64,000 nucleotides of DNA, taken from NCBI GenBank assembly GCA_018646105.1, contig JABGVJ010000099.1, positions 5,387 through 69,386 on the forward strand, in the 5' to 3' direction. The DNA is from a bacterium (GTDB taxonomy: Bacteria; Margulisbacteria; Marinamargulisbacteria; JABGVJ01). The notes beneath the pieces were generated by a model, which saw only the letters and a list, made by a program, of their open reading frames with translations, was not told the DNA's origin and did not search any database. The position numbers and the translations under genes were made by a program. This document shows, piece by piece, positions 9,150 through 19,634 of the stretch. The stretch's first letter is position 1. Every line of letters starts with the position of its first letter.

Positions 9150-10922
9150 TTACAACGAAATGTCTGTTTCAATGCCTAAATCAAATTGAGTATTGGAGTA
9201 GCCTTGATTGAGGGCTACGGTAAACGGTAATTGATTAGCGGTGGGTCCGAAATATTGTCGTGGTCCCGGACTGCTAAAACAGTCGGTTTCGGCCCAATGA
9301 GATCGTCTTTCGCTAAAAAATTCGAAAGCTGGAGACTTTAAATCTACGAGCGCTTTTTGAATCACCATTTCATTTTTCCCGCTTCTTTTTTCTAGAGTGA
9401 TGAGCCCGGATAAAGGAATAGCTATAATTTGACTATTTTGATCAAGATTAGTGATAGAGGCTAGATACCCGGTATGGTGCTCTAAGGCCAAGGAACCTGC
9501 GGTTAAACCTAAATTAACAGTATAGGCAGCATCGAAGGTAGAGGGAGCGCCGCAACGTCCTTCATAGCCAAAAAAATGATGGTTTGTGGCAAATTTGAAT
9601 TTATGGATTTTTTCAATATCATCTTGATTCGCATTGATATTTAAAGCATAAAGTAATTTCTGAGGATCATTTTTGAGACTTTGAATTTTACGTTTAAGCA
9701 TTTCTATTAATAGTTGTTCAGTATCTATTTGGGAAACTTGTAGGTTACCATGCGAGTCTCTATTTAAGAGTAATTTTTCTTGAATGTTTTGTGGTAAACT
9801 GCTGAAAAGTTTAGCTGATTTCTCATTGATTTTACTAATAATTAATTCTTTTTTTTCAGAAAATAAATTTATTTGAGCAAGTTCTTTTTCTTGTTGTGCC
9901 AAGGTATTATTGAGTTCTTGGATCAGGATTTGAAATTCAGGAATAAATTCAATGAGTCCTTCGGGGACTAGGACAAGGCCGTGGTGGAGACCTTTGAAAT
10001 ATCTTTTAAGAATAATTTTTAAAATATAAGTAATAATATCGTTTAAAGACATTTTTTTCTGCGCGATTTCTTCAGAGATAAGGGTGATAGGCGGTTTGGT
10101 TTGGAGCGCAACTTCTAAGGCTACGTGACTGGCACTACGACCCATGACTTTGATGAAATGCCAATATTTGTGGGATGAAGGGGTGTCTTGCAAAATATTG
10201 CCGGTGAGTTCGGCATAGATTTTGGTAGCAGTATCAAAACCAAAAGTAATGGGTAAAAGATGATTAACTTGTAGATCGCCGTCAATAGTTTTAGGTACGC
10301 CAATAACAGCACATTTGAGGTCAAATAAGTATTCGGCTAAAATGGCCGCGTTGGTATTGGAATCATCGCCGCCAATAATAATTAGACCATCTAACTGATA
10401 TTGAAGGACTATTTTTTTTACTTTGTTAAATTGTTCAGGTGTTTTTATTTTTGTGCGGTCTGACCCTAAAAAATCAAATCCGCCTAGATTAAGGATGTGC
10501 GTAAGTTTTTGAGAAGTGATCTCAAATAACTCGCCGTTTAAAAATCCTTTAGGTCCGTTTTTGATACCGTATAAAGTATTGTTTTCACCTAAAGCGAGTT
10601 TGATGCCTACTAAGACATTGTGCCCACCGGCTGCAGGGCCGCCGGAAAAAAGTACGGCGATTTTTTTTCCTTTGATGAGTGTGGATTTAGTATTTCCTTG
10701 TAAAACCTGATTTTTATTTTGTTGTATAGTATTTTTAAAATATTGGTTTACAGCTGTGGAATTGCTGTTTAATTTTTGTGGAGTTTGAGTAAATGAGCAA
10801 GCTTGTACAGTATTGTTTTGGATAAAGGTGGGGTGAATAAATAGTTTTAGTTTTTTAAAGGTTTGTTCTAAAAAAGAATTGTTTTTTTCAGTTTGAATAA
10901 TTATTTTTTTCAGTTTATCCAT
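9150..10922 (-). CDS. pfp: diphosphate--fructose-6-phosphate 1-phosphotransferase (PPi-PFK, long clade)
   Basis: SGGPAAGGHNV, GGDDSNTNA (GGDD indicates PPi specificity), PKTIDGD, MGRSASH, FGYEGR. Confidence 0.95.
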   Translation of the reverse strand: MDKLKKIIIQTEKNNSFLEQTFKKLKLFIHPTFIQNNTVQACSFTQTPQKLNSNSTAVNQYFKNTIQQNKNQVLQGNTKSTLIKGKKIAVLFSGGPAAGGHNVLVGIKLALGENNTLYGIKNGPKGFLNGELFEITSQKLTHILNLGGFDFLGSDRTKIKTPEQFNKVKKIVLQYQLDGLIIIGGDDSNTNAAILAEYLFDLKCAVIGVPKTIDGDLQVNHLLPITFGFDTATKIYAELTGNILQDTPSSHKYWHFIKVMGRSASHVALEVALQTKPPITLISEEIAQKKMSLNDIITYILKIILKRYFKGLHHGLVLVPEGLIEFIPEFQILIQELNNTLAQQEKELAQINLFSEKKELIISKINEKSAKLFSSLPQNIQEKLLLNRDSHGNLQVSQIDTEQLLIEMLKRKIQSLKNDPQKLLYALNINANQDDIEKIHKFKFATNHHFFGYEGRCGAPSTFDAAYTVNLGLTAGSLALEHHTGYLASITNLDQNSQIIAIPLSGLITLEKRSGKNEMVIQKALVDLKSPAFEFFSERRSHWAETDCFSSPGPRQYFGPTANQLPFTVALNQGYSNTQFDLGIETDISL

Positions 10923-10971
10923 TTATTTTATTCCTTTGTTTAATAGTCGTTTAGGTTTGAAAAGCCTCTTA

Positions 10972-11010
10972 AGCCTCACCCCAAGCCCCTCTCCATAAAT
11001 GTAGAGGGGC
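10972..11010. repeat. degenerate BoxC/REP-like element
   Basis: AGCCTCACCCCAAGCCCCTCTCCATAAATGTAGAGGGGC between divergent pfp and dxs. Confidence 0.8.
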
Positions 11011-11112
11011 TTAATTTAGTTTTTATTGAAGGCCTAAAAAACTTTTCCTAAACCTGTATTGATACGTTTGATACCCTTTATTTTACAAGGGTTTGATATT
11101 ATAATCCATATT

Positions 11113-13026
11113 ATGGAAAAACGATTGTTAGAAAATTTGAGTTTGCCCCAAGATTTAAAAAAATTATCTAAAGCTAAATTAGAACAGTTAGCCATAGAAT
11201 TAAGAGAAAAGATTATTGAAATTGGGGATGTTTGTGGCGGGCATGTAGCTTCCAATTTGGGGGTTGTGGAACTGACGTTAGCTTTACATACGGTTTTTGA
11301 TAGTCCTAAAGATCAGATTGTTTGGGATGTAGCACATCAGTGTTATTCACATAAAATGTTGACTGGTAGACAGGATAAGATTTTAACGATCAGACAGTTT
11401 AAAGGATTGTCTGGTTTTACCAAGATTAGTGAAAGTGAACATGATGTTTTTGGAGCGGGGCATTCTTCGACTTCTATTTCTGCGGCTTTAGGATTAGCGC
11501 ATGCGAGAGATTTGCAGCATAAAAAAAATGCGGTGATTGCGGTTATTGGAGATTCTTCTTTTGCTAATGGAATGGCCTTTGAAGCTTTGAATAATGTGGA
11601 AAAATTGAAAACCAATTTTATTTGTATTTTAAATGATAATGATATGTCTATTTCTAAACCCATAGGTAGTATGTCTAAATATATAACTTCTGTACGTACT
11701 TCACAGGTTTATAATAAAGCTAAAAGAAAATTTGAAAAGCTTTTTAAAAGAATTCCTAAAATAGGCGTGCCTTTAACCAGAAGAATAGAAAAAATGGTGG
11801 AAAGATTAAGACACGTAGTTCTGGATATGAAATTTGATGTTTTGTTTGAAGAATTTGGTTTTAAATATTTGGGTCCTTTGGATGGACATGATGTATTGGT
11901 TATGATGGCGGCCTTAAAGTATGCTAAGTCATATAAGGGCCCTATTATGTTGCATGTGATTACGCAAAAAGGAAAAGGGTATACTCCGGCTGAAGATAAT
12001 CCAACAAAATATCATGGGATACAACCTAAAAAAAATAAAAGGATAACAAGTAATTTAATTACATATCAAGAAGTTTTTGGTGAGGAAATGTTGAAAATAG
12101 CTAAAAAGCGAAAAGAAGTGGTAGCGATTACGCCGGCTATGACAGAAGGAAGTGGGTTAGTAGAGTTTGCTAAAAAATATGCGAAACGGTTTTATGATGT
12201 GGGCATTGCTGAAGGGCATGCTGTAACTTTTGCGGCAGGGTTGGCTAGAGGAGGATTAAAACCGGTTTTGACTATTTATTCTACTTTTTTGCAAAGAGGT
12301 TTTGATCAGGTGGTGCATGATGTATGTTTGCAAAATTTAGGGGTGGTTTTGGCTATTGATAGAGCCGGGTTTGTGGGAGCTGATGGTCCTACGCATCATG
12401 GAATTTTTGATTATAGTTATTTGTTACCAATACCTAATTTGACTATTTTAGCGCCTAAAGACGGAACAGAGTTAAGACAGATGTTGAATTGGGCTATGGA
12501 ATATAAAGGGCCTGTTTCGATTAGATATCCGCGTAGTAGAGTTCCTTTAGAAGATGGGACAGTTAATACTAAATTAAGTAAAGGTAAAGCAGAAGTGATT
12601 TTTGAAAATAGGGGAGATAAAACGAAAAAGCCGTATCAGGTTTTATTGCTGGCAGCAGGTTCTATGGTTTGGCCGGCAGTACGGGTGACGGAACGTTTGG
12701 ATGAGAAAAAGGTTTCGGTAGCAGTGATTAATTTGAGATTTATTAAACCTTTGGATATTAAGTTATTAAAAGAATATGTAGAACAGGCTAAATTGATTTA
12801 TGTTTTAGAAGAAGGTAGTGTGATCGGCGGCGTTTATGCTTATATTTTAGAACAATTAGATATAGAAGATTCAAAAGCACGGAATATGTTTAAGCAGATA
12901 GCTTTGCCTGATAAATTTTTAGAACATGGTAGTGTAGATCAATTAAAAGATAAATACGGGTTATCGGAAGAAAAAATACTTGCCCGTATTTTAGGTGATT
13001 TAAGTATTTTGCCAAAGTCCGTGTAA
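11113..13026 (+). CDS. dxs: 1-deoxy-D-xylulose-5-phosphate synthase
   Basis: [66 protein letters not shown]; start taken at ATG 11113 rather than TTG 11059. Confidence 0.97.
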   Translation: MEKRLLENLSLPQDLKKLSKAKLEQLAIELREKIIEIGDVCGGHVASNLGVVELTLALHTVFDSPKDQIVWDVAHQCYSHKMLTGRQDKILTIRQFKGLSGFTKISESEHDVFGAGHSSTSISAALGLAHARDLQHKKNAVIAVIGDSSFANGMAFEALNNVEKLKTNFICILNDNDMSISKPIGSMSKYITSVRTSQVYNKAKRKFEKLFKRIPKIGVPLTRRIEKMVERLRHVVLDMKFDVLFEEFGFKYLGPLDGHDVLVMMAALKYAKSYKGPIMLHVITQKGKGYTPAEDNPTKYHGIQPKKNKRITSNLITYQEVFGEEMLKIAKKRKEVVAITPAMTEGSGLVEFAKKYAKRFYDVGIAEGHAVTFAAGLARGGLKPVLTIYSTFLQRGFDQVVHDVCLQNLGVVLAIDRAGFVGADGPTHHGIFDYSYLLPIPNLTILAPKDGTELRQMLNWAMEYKGPVSIRYPRSRVPLEDGTVNTKLSKGKAEVIFENRGDKTKKPYQVLLLAAGSMVWPAVRVTERLDEKKVSVAVINLRFIKPLDIKLLKEYVEQAKLIYVLEEGSVIGGVYAYILEQLDIEDSKARNMFKQIALPDKFLEHGSVDQLKDKYGLSEEKILARILGDLSILPKSV

Positions 13027-13377
13027 ATTACAATATGCTCTAGCGTTAAAGCTGGTAGCGGTAATGCAAAATTCTGCTTCCGGGCTATTTCCGGGTTTGA
13101 GTTGTTTCCTATAAACTTGGTTGTTTGCTAATAATTCGATCCATTCAATGAAATGTTTTTCTTCCATAGGATGAGTTGTACTTCCTACTTTGATTTTTAA
13201 ACCTTGAGCTGTTTTTTCAATTACAGGGACGTGTTTTTCCTGTGCCGCGTCTGTGGTGTTTTCTTGCATTAAGTTCATTTTTTGACCACAGCAAACTAGT
13301 TCGCCCATGGAAGCATGGACCATTTCTACGATATTGCCACAAATAGTGCATTTATAAATTTGATTTAATTTAGTCAT
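13000..13377 (-). CDS. dfx: desulfoferrodoxin (superoxide reductase)
   Basis: [10 protein letters not shown]...LVCCG centre I; [25 protein letters not shown] centre II. Confidence 0.97.
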   Translation of the reverse strand: MTKLNQIYKCTICGNIVEMVHASMGELVCCGQKMNLMQENTTDAAQEKHVPVIEKTAQGLKIKVGSTTHPMEEKHFIEWIELLANNQVYRKQLKPGNSPEAEFCITATSFNARAYCNLHGLWQNT

Positions 13378-13450
13378 TTTGAATTACTCCTTTTGAATGT
13401 TTTTTTCGAATCGTTTCTATGAAAATATTAACATAGTTTTTGTTGGAACG

Positions 13451-13494
13451 AAAAAAAAACCACCCCGTTTTTATTACAAAAACGGGGTGTTTTA
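13451..13494 (-). terminator. intrinsic terminator after hppA (possibly bidirectional)
   Basis: 12-bp stem CACCCCGTTTTT / AAAAACGGGGTG flanked by A9 (U-tract on the minus strand) and a T-run. Confidence 0.85.
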
Positions 13495-13512
13495 GATTTT
13501 AAAGAAGAAGGT

Positions 13513-15741
13513 TTAGCCTAGCAGACTATATCTAATAACAAGTCCGGCTACTACAATACTAACCATACTCATAAGTTTGATTAAGATATCAAGACTTGGT
13601 CCCGCTGTATCTTTGAATGGATCACCTACGGTATCTCCAACAATAGCTGCTTTATGAGCGTCGGAACCTTTGCCTCCATGCATACCTTGTTCAATGTGTT
13701 TTTTCGCATTATCCCAGCTACCACCGGAATTTGCTAAAAAGACGGCCATAGAAAAGCTGGTTACTAAGCCGCCTACTAAAAGACCGATAACCCCGGCTAC
13801 GCCAAGAACAAGTCCTACAATAATAGGAACCAAGAGTGCAACGACAGCTGGTAAAACCATTTGTTTTTGAGCTCCTTTGGTAGCTATTGCAATACATCTT
13901 TCATAATCTGGTTTACCTTCTCCTGTTAAAATACCTTTAATTTCTTTGAATTGACGTCTTACTTCTACGACCATCGCAAAAGCAGCTTCGCCAACGGCAT
14001 TGATAGTTAAGGCTGTAAAAACAAAAGCTAGCATCGCACCTAAAAAAGTACCGACAAGTACCGCTGGATTCATAAGTGTGACATTAAAATATTCCATAAA
14101 GTTTTCTAAAGTAGCTTGAGAGGTAAGAATAACTTGATTACCAACTTCAATGGTAGTATGACCTAGACGGATAAGTGAGTTTCTAACTTCTTCAATATAA
14201 GCTGCGATAAGTGCTAGTGCGGTTAGCGCTGCTGATCCTACGCAAAATCCTTTTCCTGTAGCAGCAGTAGTGTTGCCAAGTGAATCAAGGGCATCTGTTT
14301 TTTTTCTGACTTCAGGACCAAGCCCACTCATTTCAGCGTTACCACCAGCATTGTCCGCAATAGGACCATAAGCATCAGTGGATAGCGTAAATCCTAGAGT
14401 AGAAAGCATTCCTACAGCTGCAAAGCCGATACCATATAAACCAAGGTAAGTATGTTCGTAGCCGCCGGAAAGCCAATAAGCTAGTAAGATACTAGTACAA
14501 ATAGTAAGTACCGGAATACCAGTGGATAACATTCCGGAACCAATGCCGCCGATAATAACGGTAGCAGCGCCGGTAGTAGCATTTTTAGAGATAGCTTTGG
14601 TTGGTTCATAGTGATCAGAGGTGTAGTATTCAGTTGCTTTCCCAATAATGATACCTGCTGCTAAACCAACGATGATCGTAAGCCAAATACCTATCCAGCC
14701 GCCTATAATTTGAGTTCCTAGGATAGTATTTAGTAATAAGTAACATACGATGGCTGATAAAATAATAATAAGAATTGAAGTTACATTTACGCCGCGTTCC
14801 AAAGATTTTAAAAGTTCTTTTTGACTAGCGCCTTCTTTGGTTTTAACACTAAAAACACCGAATATAGAAAGAAAAGTACCAATACCAGCAATAATCATAG
14901 GCGCAATAACCATTAGAAAAGCAGTGGTTTCTGATCCTTGTGCAATGCTGGCTGCAGCTGCAGAACCTAGAGCCGCAGTTGCTAGAATACTACCGCAATA
15001 GCTTTCGTAAAGGTCAGCACCCATACCAGCAACATCGCCGACATTATCACCTACATTGTCCGCGATAGTAGCGGGATTTCTAGGATCGTCTTCAGGAATA
15101 TTAGCTTCTATTTTACCGACTAGGTCAGCGCCAACGTCAGCAGCTTTAGTAAAAATACCACCACCGACACGAGCAAATAAAGCCATAGATGAAGCACCAA
15201 TACCAAAACTAAGCATGGTAATAGTAACTTCAGATAAAGGTAAGTTTAAAATCATTTTTAATAAGATGAACCATAAAGAAATATCTAAAAGGCCAAGACC
15301 TACTACAGATAAACCTAAAACAGCGCCTGCTCGTAAAGCGATTTTTAGAGCATTGTTAAGACTGGTTCTAGCTGCGTGGGTAGTACGTGCACTGGCATTA
15401 GTGGCGGTTTTCATACCAATGAAACCAGCAATACCGGAAAATAAACCACCAGTTAAAAAAGCAAAAGGAACCCAGGGAGATTGTACTTTAAGAATAAAAG
15501 CTAAAAAAGAAAAGAAAAGAAAAGCAAAAACAAAATAGATAGCGACTATTTTGTATTGTTGTTTAAGGTAAGTCATAGATCCTTTACGAACATATTCAGC
15601 AATTTCTTTCATGCGAGGTGTTCCCTCGTCATTTTTCATAACATCTTTAAAAAAGTAATAAGCGAAAGCAAGAGCTAAAGAAGCTCCGACGGGCGCTATC
15701 CAAAAAAGATGTTTGAGTGTTTCCAGATTTGTTTGGTCCAT
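13513..15741 (-). CDS. hppA: membrane-integral, K+-dependent cation-translocating pyrophosphatase (Na+,H+-PPase-like)
   Basis: [62 protein letters not shown]. Confidence 0.97.
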   Translation of the reverse strand: MDQTNLETLKHLFWIAPVGASLALAFAYYFFKDVMKNDEGTPRMKEIAEYVRKGSMTYLKQQYKIVAIYFVFAFLFFSFLAFILKVQSPWVPFAFLTGGLFSGIAGFIGMKTATNASARTTHAARTSLNNALKIALRAGAVLGLSVVGLGLLDISLWFILLKMILNLPLSEVTITMLSFGIGASSMALFARVGGGIFTKAADVGADLVGKIEANIPEDDPRNPATIADNVGDNVGDVAGMGADLYESYCGSILATAALGSAAAASIAQGSETTAFLMVIAPMIIAGIGTFLSIFGVFSVKTKEGASQKELLKSLERGVNVTSILIIILSAIVCYLLLNTILGTQIIGGWIGIWLTIIVGLAAGIIIGKATEYYTSDHYEPTKAISKNATTGAATVIIGGIGSGMLSTGIPVLTICTSILLAYWLSGGYEHTYLGLYGIGFAAVGMLSTLGFTLSTDAYGPIADNAGGNAEMSGLGPEVRKKTDALDSLGNTTAATGKGFCVGSAALTALALIAAYIEEVRNSLIRLGHTTIEVGNQVILTSQATLENFMEYFNVTLMNPAVLVGTFLGAMLAFVFTALTINAVGEAAFAMVVEVRRQFKEIKGILTGEGKPDYERCIAIATKGAQKQMVLPAVVALLVPIIVGLVLGVAGVIGLLVGGLVTSFSMAVFLANSGGSWDNAKKHIEQGMHGGKGSDAHKAAIVGDTVGDPFKDTAGPSLDILIKLMSMVSIVVAGLVIRYSLLG

Positions 15742-15932
15742 ATTTTTTTTCTCCTTTGTTTGATTTTTTGACCATTAAGAAGTATAGCTAATTTTCATAA
15801 GAAATGCCACTATTTTTCGGATATCCGTTTAGATTTGAGGGGGGGGGATTAGCCCTCAATTTGTTGTATTATTGGAAATATAGAGGAGTTTGAAATATAA
15901 TGATATAGAAGTAAACGAAGAAGGAGAAGCTT

Positions 15933-16454
15933 ATGAAACCAGAGATGCGAAAAGCGATTGTGGAAAATAAAGGATGTGCTGTTATTTTAGCGGGTTCAGA
16001 TAGTGATGAAGAACATATTAAAAAAATCATTAAATCTTTAGAAGAATATGAAATATCTTATGAAGTAATGATTTGTTCTGCGCATAAGCAAACTGCGGAA
16101 CTTTTGCAAATCACCCAAGAATTAAATTCTATTAATGGGGCCGTAGTTTATATCGCGGTGGCTGGTGGTACGGACGCGCTTTCTGGGACATTATCTTTTT
16201 ATACGTTGGCGCCGGTGATTAGTTGTCCGCCGGATATGGCTAATACAAGTGCGTTAACTAATCCTCCTGGGAGTTCCAATGCCGTAATTGCGAATCCTAA
16301 AAATATTGGTAAATTTGTAGCGCAGATGTTTGCTTTTATAAATTCTAAGTATGTAAGATTGATTAAAGAAAGAAATGCTCAAAAGCTTACTAAATTACAG
16401 GCTAATGGTACGCGTATAAATAATAATTATGTAAAGGTATATGAAAATGACTAA
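15933..16454 (+). CDS. purE: AIR carboxylase family protein (class II-like PurE)
   Basis: GSDSD, SAHK, AVAGGTDALSG, PVISCPP; directly upstream of purB. Confidence 0.85.
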   Translation: MKPEMRKAIVENKGCAVILAGSDSDEEHIKKIIKSLEEYEISYEVMICSAHKQTAELLQITQELNSINGAVVYIAVAGGTDALSGTLSFYTLAPVISCPPDMANTSALTNPPGSSNAVIANPKNIGKFVAQMFAFINSKYVRLIKERNAQKLTKLQANGTRINNNYVKVYEND

Positions 16455-17880
16455 TGCTAATATTCTGTCGGCAAGATATGCTACTTCTGAAATAAATAAT
16501 ATTTTTAGTGAAAAACAAAAAATCATTTATGAACGTGAATTGTGGCTTGCAGTGTTAAAAGCACAAAAAGAGTTAGGCCTAGATATTTCAGATAAAGAAA
16601 TAGTGAAATTTGAAAAAGCCTTGTCTAAAATAGATTTGGACTTAATTAAGAAAATAGAAGTAAAAACTAAGCATGATGTGAAAGCTAGAATTGAAGCGTA
16701 TGTGCAAACAGCGCGAGCAGGAGAATATATTCATAGAGGTATGACTTCACGTGACCTGACCGATAATGTAGAACAAATGCAGATTAAAAAAGCTCTGGAA
16801 ATTATTTTTGGTAAATTAGTGGCTATTTTAAAACAGTTTTGTGATAAGGCAGAAGAGTATCAAGGTATAGTTTTGACAGCGCGTACACATCATCAGCCAG
16901 CTCAACCCACGCTTTTAGGGCGTAGAATAGCGATGTGGGCAGAAGAGTTGATTTGGCATTTACGGGATTTGGAAAGTTTTTTAGAAAATTATCCGTTAAG
17001 AGGGATTAAAGGCCCTGTTGGTACGCAGTTTGATATGTTGAATTTATTGGGAAATAAAGAAAAGTTACGTTTGTTAGAGCAAAAACTAGCTCAAAAATTA
17101 GGGTTTAAACAGGTTTTACAGGCTACTGGTCAGGTGTATCCTAGGTCTTTGGATTATAAGTTGGGTACATGTTTGGTGGGGATAAGTGCTGCTTTGGAGA
17201 ATTTTGCTAAAGGGATGCGGTTGATGGCTGGGTATGAGCTGGTTACAGAAGGATTTAGTGCGGGGCAGGTGGGGTCTTCGGCAATGCCTCATAAGATGAA
17301 TACACGTAGTTCGGAACGAATTTGTGGTTTTTGTGAGTTATTGAAAATGTATGCGGACGGAGCTTCTAGACTGAGCGGTGATCAATGGGAAGAAGGGGAC
17401 GTGTCTTGTTCGGTAGTTAGGCGAGTTATCATACCGGATGTTTTTTATGTAATGGATGGGTTGTGTGAGACTGTTTTGACAGTGTTGAAAAATATGGGAA
17501 CATATCCGGCGATGATAGAAAAAGAATTGGAAAGATATTTACCCTTTTTAGCTAGTACAGAAATATTAATAACTGCGGTTAAAGCAGGGATAGGCCGAGA
17601 AGAAGCGCATGAACTTATTAAAAAGTATGCGGTTAAAGAAGCTTTAAAAATTAGGGATCAAGGAGCAGAAAATAATAATTTAATAAAATTATTAGCCCAA
17701 GATCCGGTTTTTAAAAATAAAGGTATTACTAAAGAAGTTTTAGATAAAATTTTAAAACATAAAAAGCATTTTATGGGTAATGCTGATCACCAGATTCAGG
17801 AAGTTGTGAAACAAGCGGAAAAGTTGTTTTTTAAAAAATATAAAAAATTTAGTTCTTATAAACCTAAAGATATTTTTTAA
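16441..17880 (+). CDS. purB: adenylosuccinate lyase
   Basis: ARYA, KHDVKA, GMTSRD, RTHHQPAQPT, GSSAMPHKMN signature; start is 16441 or 16447. Confidence 0.96.
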   Translation: MKMTNANILSARYATSEINNIFSEKQKIIYERELWLAVLKAQKELGLDISDKEIVKFEKALSKIDLDLIKKIEVKTKHDVKARIEAYVQTARAGEYIHRGMTSRDLTDNVEQMQIKKALEIIFGKLVAILKQFCDKAEEYQGIVLTARTHHQPAQPTLLGRRIAMWAEELIWHLRDLESFLENYPLRGIKGPVGTQFDMLNLLGNKEKLRLLEQKLAQKLGFKQVLQATGQVYPRSLDYKLGTCLVGISAALENFAKGMRLMAGYELVTEGFSAGQVGSSAMPHKMNTRSSERICGFCELLKMYADGASRLSGDQWEEGDVSCSVVRRVIIPDVFYVMDGLCETVLTVLKNMGTYPAMIEKELERYLPFLASTEILITAVKAGIGREEAHELIKKYAVKEALKIRDQGAENNNLIKLLAQDPVFKNKGITKEVLDKILKHKKHFMGNADHQIQEVVKQAEKLFFKKYKKFSSYKPKDIF

Positions 17881-17892
17881 TTAAGTTTAATA

Positions 17893-17928
17893 CTCACCCC
17901 CTGTCACCTGCAGTGACATCCCTTTCTC
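17893..17928. repeat. BoxC/REP-like variant with internal TGTCAC/GTGACA stem
   Basis: CTCACCCCC-TGTCAC-CTGCA-GTGACA-TCCCTTTCTC just after the purB stop. Confidence 0.55.
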
Positions 17929-17971
17929 TTAAGAATACACTAGCATCCGGAGAAATCCGCAAAAAAACAAG

Positions 17972-18172
17972 TGCCCTCACCCCGGCGCTTCGCGCCACCC
18001 CTCTCCCGTGGAAACAGAATAAATTACTCAGTTAGTTTATATTCGGGAGAGGGGAATTGGTTATGGATAATTTTATCAATAAATCCACAATATATTCCCC
18101 CTCTCCCGAATATATCCTTACTGAAAGATATGATAGCTTCTCCACGGGAGAGGGGGCTAGGGGGTGAGGGCA
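17972..18172. repeat. 201-bp composite inverted repeat (inverted pair of BoxC-like units) between convergent purB and serS
   Basis: paired arms TGCCCTCACCCC/GGGGTGAGGGCA, CCCTCTCCCGTGGA/TCCACGGGAGAGGG, TCAGT/ACTGA, TATATTCGGGAGAGGGG/CCCCTCTCCCGAATATA. Confidence 0.9.
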
Positions 18173-18215
18173 TTGGTTTTTTAAATAGGAGAAGGGTGAG
18201 GCCTAAGGAAATTTT

Positions 18216-19502
18216 TTATTTAGTAGGATTTATTCTATCAAAACCAGTAAATTTATGTAGTACTTTAGGAATGAGGACTGACCCGTCAGGTTGTTGGAAT
18301 TGTTCGACAATCGCAGGTAGCAGGCGGCTGGTAGCTAAACCGGAACCGTTTAAACTATGGATAAACTCGTTTTTACCAGTTGTTTGATTTTTGAAACGAA
18401 TGTTGCCACGACGGGATTGATAGTCACAGGAATTGGAAACAGAGCTCGCTTCTTTATAATCATTCATACTGGGGATCCAAATTTCAATATCATAAGTGGT
18501 GGTCATAGCTTCGGAAACATCTGCGGCAGCGAGTTTGGAGAGTTGATAGTGTAGTCCTAATCCCTCGACAAGCCCGCAAGCTTTTTTGATGAGTTCTTGA
18601 TGCGCTTGGTTGGAATGTTCTGGTTTGGTGAATTGAAACATTTCTATTTTATTGAATTGGTGGCCGCGAATCATGCCGCGTTCTGCTGCACGGTAACTGC
18701 CTGCTTCTTTGCGATAGCATGGGGTATAGGCAAAATATTTTTTAGGTAGTTCAGTTTCTGGGATGATTTCATCACGATGATAGTTTATAAGTGCCGTTTC
18801 GGCGGTGGGTAACATAAAAGCATGATGGCCTTGCCCATCTTCTTGTTGCATCAGATAAACATCATCTTCAAATTTAGGAAATTGGCCAGCTGTATAACCG
18901 CATTGATAATTTAAAATATGCGGAGGTAAGATAAATTCATAACCGTCTTTCAAGTGGGTTTCGATAAAATAATTGAGTAACGCCCATTCTAGTTGTGCGC
19001 CAAGGCCTTTATAGAGCCAGAAACCGTTACCACCCATTTTAACGCCACGTTCATAGTCAATGAGGCCTAGATCAGTGACTAGCTGAAGATGATCTTTGGG
19101 CGTGAAATTAAATTTTGGTTTTTGACCAAAAGTAGAGAGGACCTGATTATTTTCTTTGTTGCCGGCTACTACATCATCTGCGGGGATATTGGGTAGCATG
19201 GCTAGGAAATGTTGAATTTTTGGTTCAAGTTCACATAGTTTTTCGTCTAAGGTTTTGGTTTTTTCAGAAACAATTTTCATTTTAGCTAAAAGATGTGTAA
19301 CATCTTGATTTTGTTTTTTGAGCGCAGGGATTTGACTAGATACCTGGTTTTTTTGCGCTTTTAAGGTTTCTACTTCTTGTAAAAGTTGCCGGCGTTCTTT
19401 ATCCCAAGCCAGTAACTCGGTAAAATCTATTTTATCGCCTCTTTTAAGTAGAGCTTTTTGAATTTTTTCCGGATTTTCTCTGATTTTGTTGATGTCTAGC
19501 AT
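18216..19502 (-). CDS. serS: serine--tRNA ligase
   Basis: MLDINKIRENPE start, LPTAET, CYRKEAGS, GMIRGHQFNKIE, SNSCDYQSRR, LNGSGLA. Confidence 0.98.
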   Translation of the reverse strand: MLDINKIRENPEKIQKALLKRGDKIDFTELLAWDKERRQLLQEVETLKAQKNQVSSQIPALKKQNQDVTHLLAKMKIVSEKTKTLDEKLCELEPKIQHFLAMLPNIPADDVVAGNKENNQVLSTFGQKPKFNFTPKDHLQLVTDLGLIDYERGVKMGGNGFWLYKGLGAQLEWALLNYFIETHLKDGYEFILPPHILNYQCGYTAGQFPKFEDDVYLMQQEDGQGHHAFMLPTAETALINYHRDEIIPETELPKKYFAYTPCYRKEAGSYRAAERGMIRGHQFNKIEMFQFTKPEHSNQAHQELIKKACGLVEGLGLHYQLSKLAAADVSEAMTTTYDIEIWIPSMNDYKEASSVSNSCDYQSRRGNIRFKNQTTGKNEFIHSLNGSGLATSRLLPAIVEQFQQPDGSVLIPKVLHKFTGFDRINPTK

Positions 19503-19510
19503 AATGTATG

Positions 19511-19539
19511 ATTGTAGTTGGTTTTTTGATGCTCGTCAA
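19511..19539 (-). promoter_or_regulatory. sigma70-type promoter of serS
   Basis: minus strand TTGACG - 17 bp - TACAAT, ending 8 nt before the ATG. Confidence 0.8.
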
Positions 19540-19634
19540 AGGGGAAAGTGGTTGCCTATTTGGGTGGATTGAAATATACTTTTGGAAGAATTAAAGGTGT
19601 ATTTTGATTTTAGAAAGTGAGTGGGATTTTAGAT

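Noticed and set aside
11059-11112. N-terminal extension of dxs from TTG 11059
   Set aside because: Contains a TATAAT box and no Dxs-like residues; ATG 11113 fits the family start
15056-15538. 160-aa plus-strand ORF and the other short ORFs antisense or nested in long genes
   Set aside because: Shadow frames of well-supported genes; no motifs or RBS
17971-18387. 138-aa plus-strand ORF (MPSPRRFAPPLSRG...)
   Set aside because: It reads through the palindromic repeat and antisense serS; the Pro/Gly/Arg-rich sequence is a translation of the repeat
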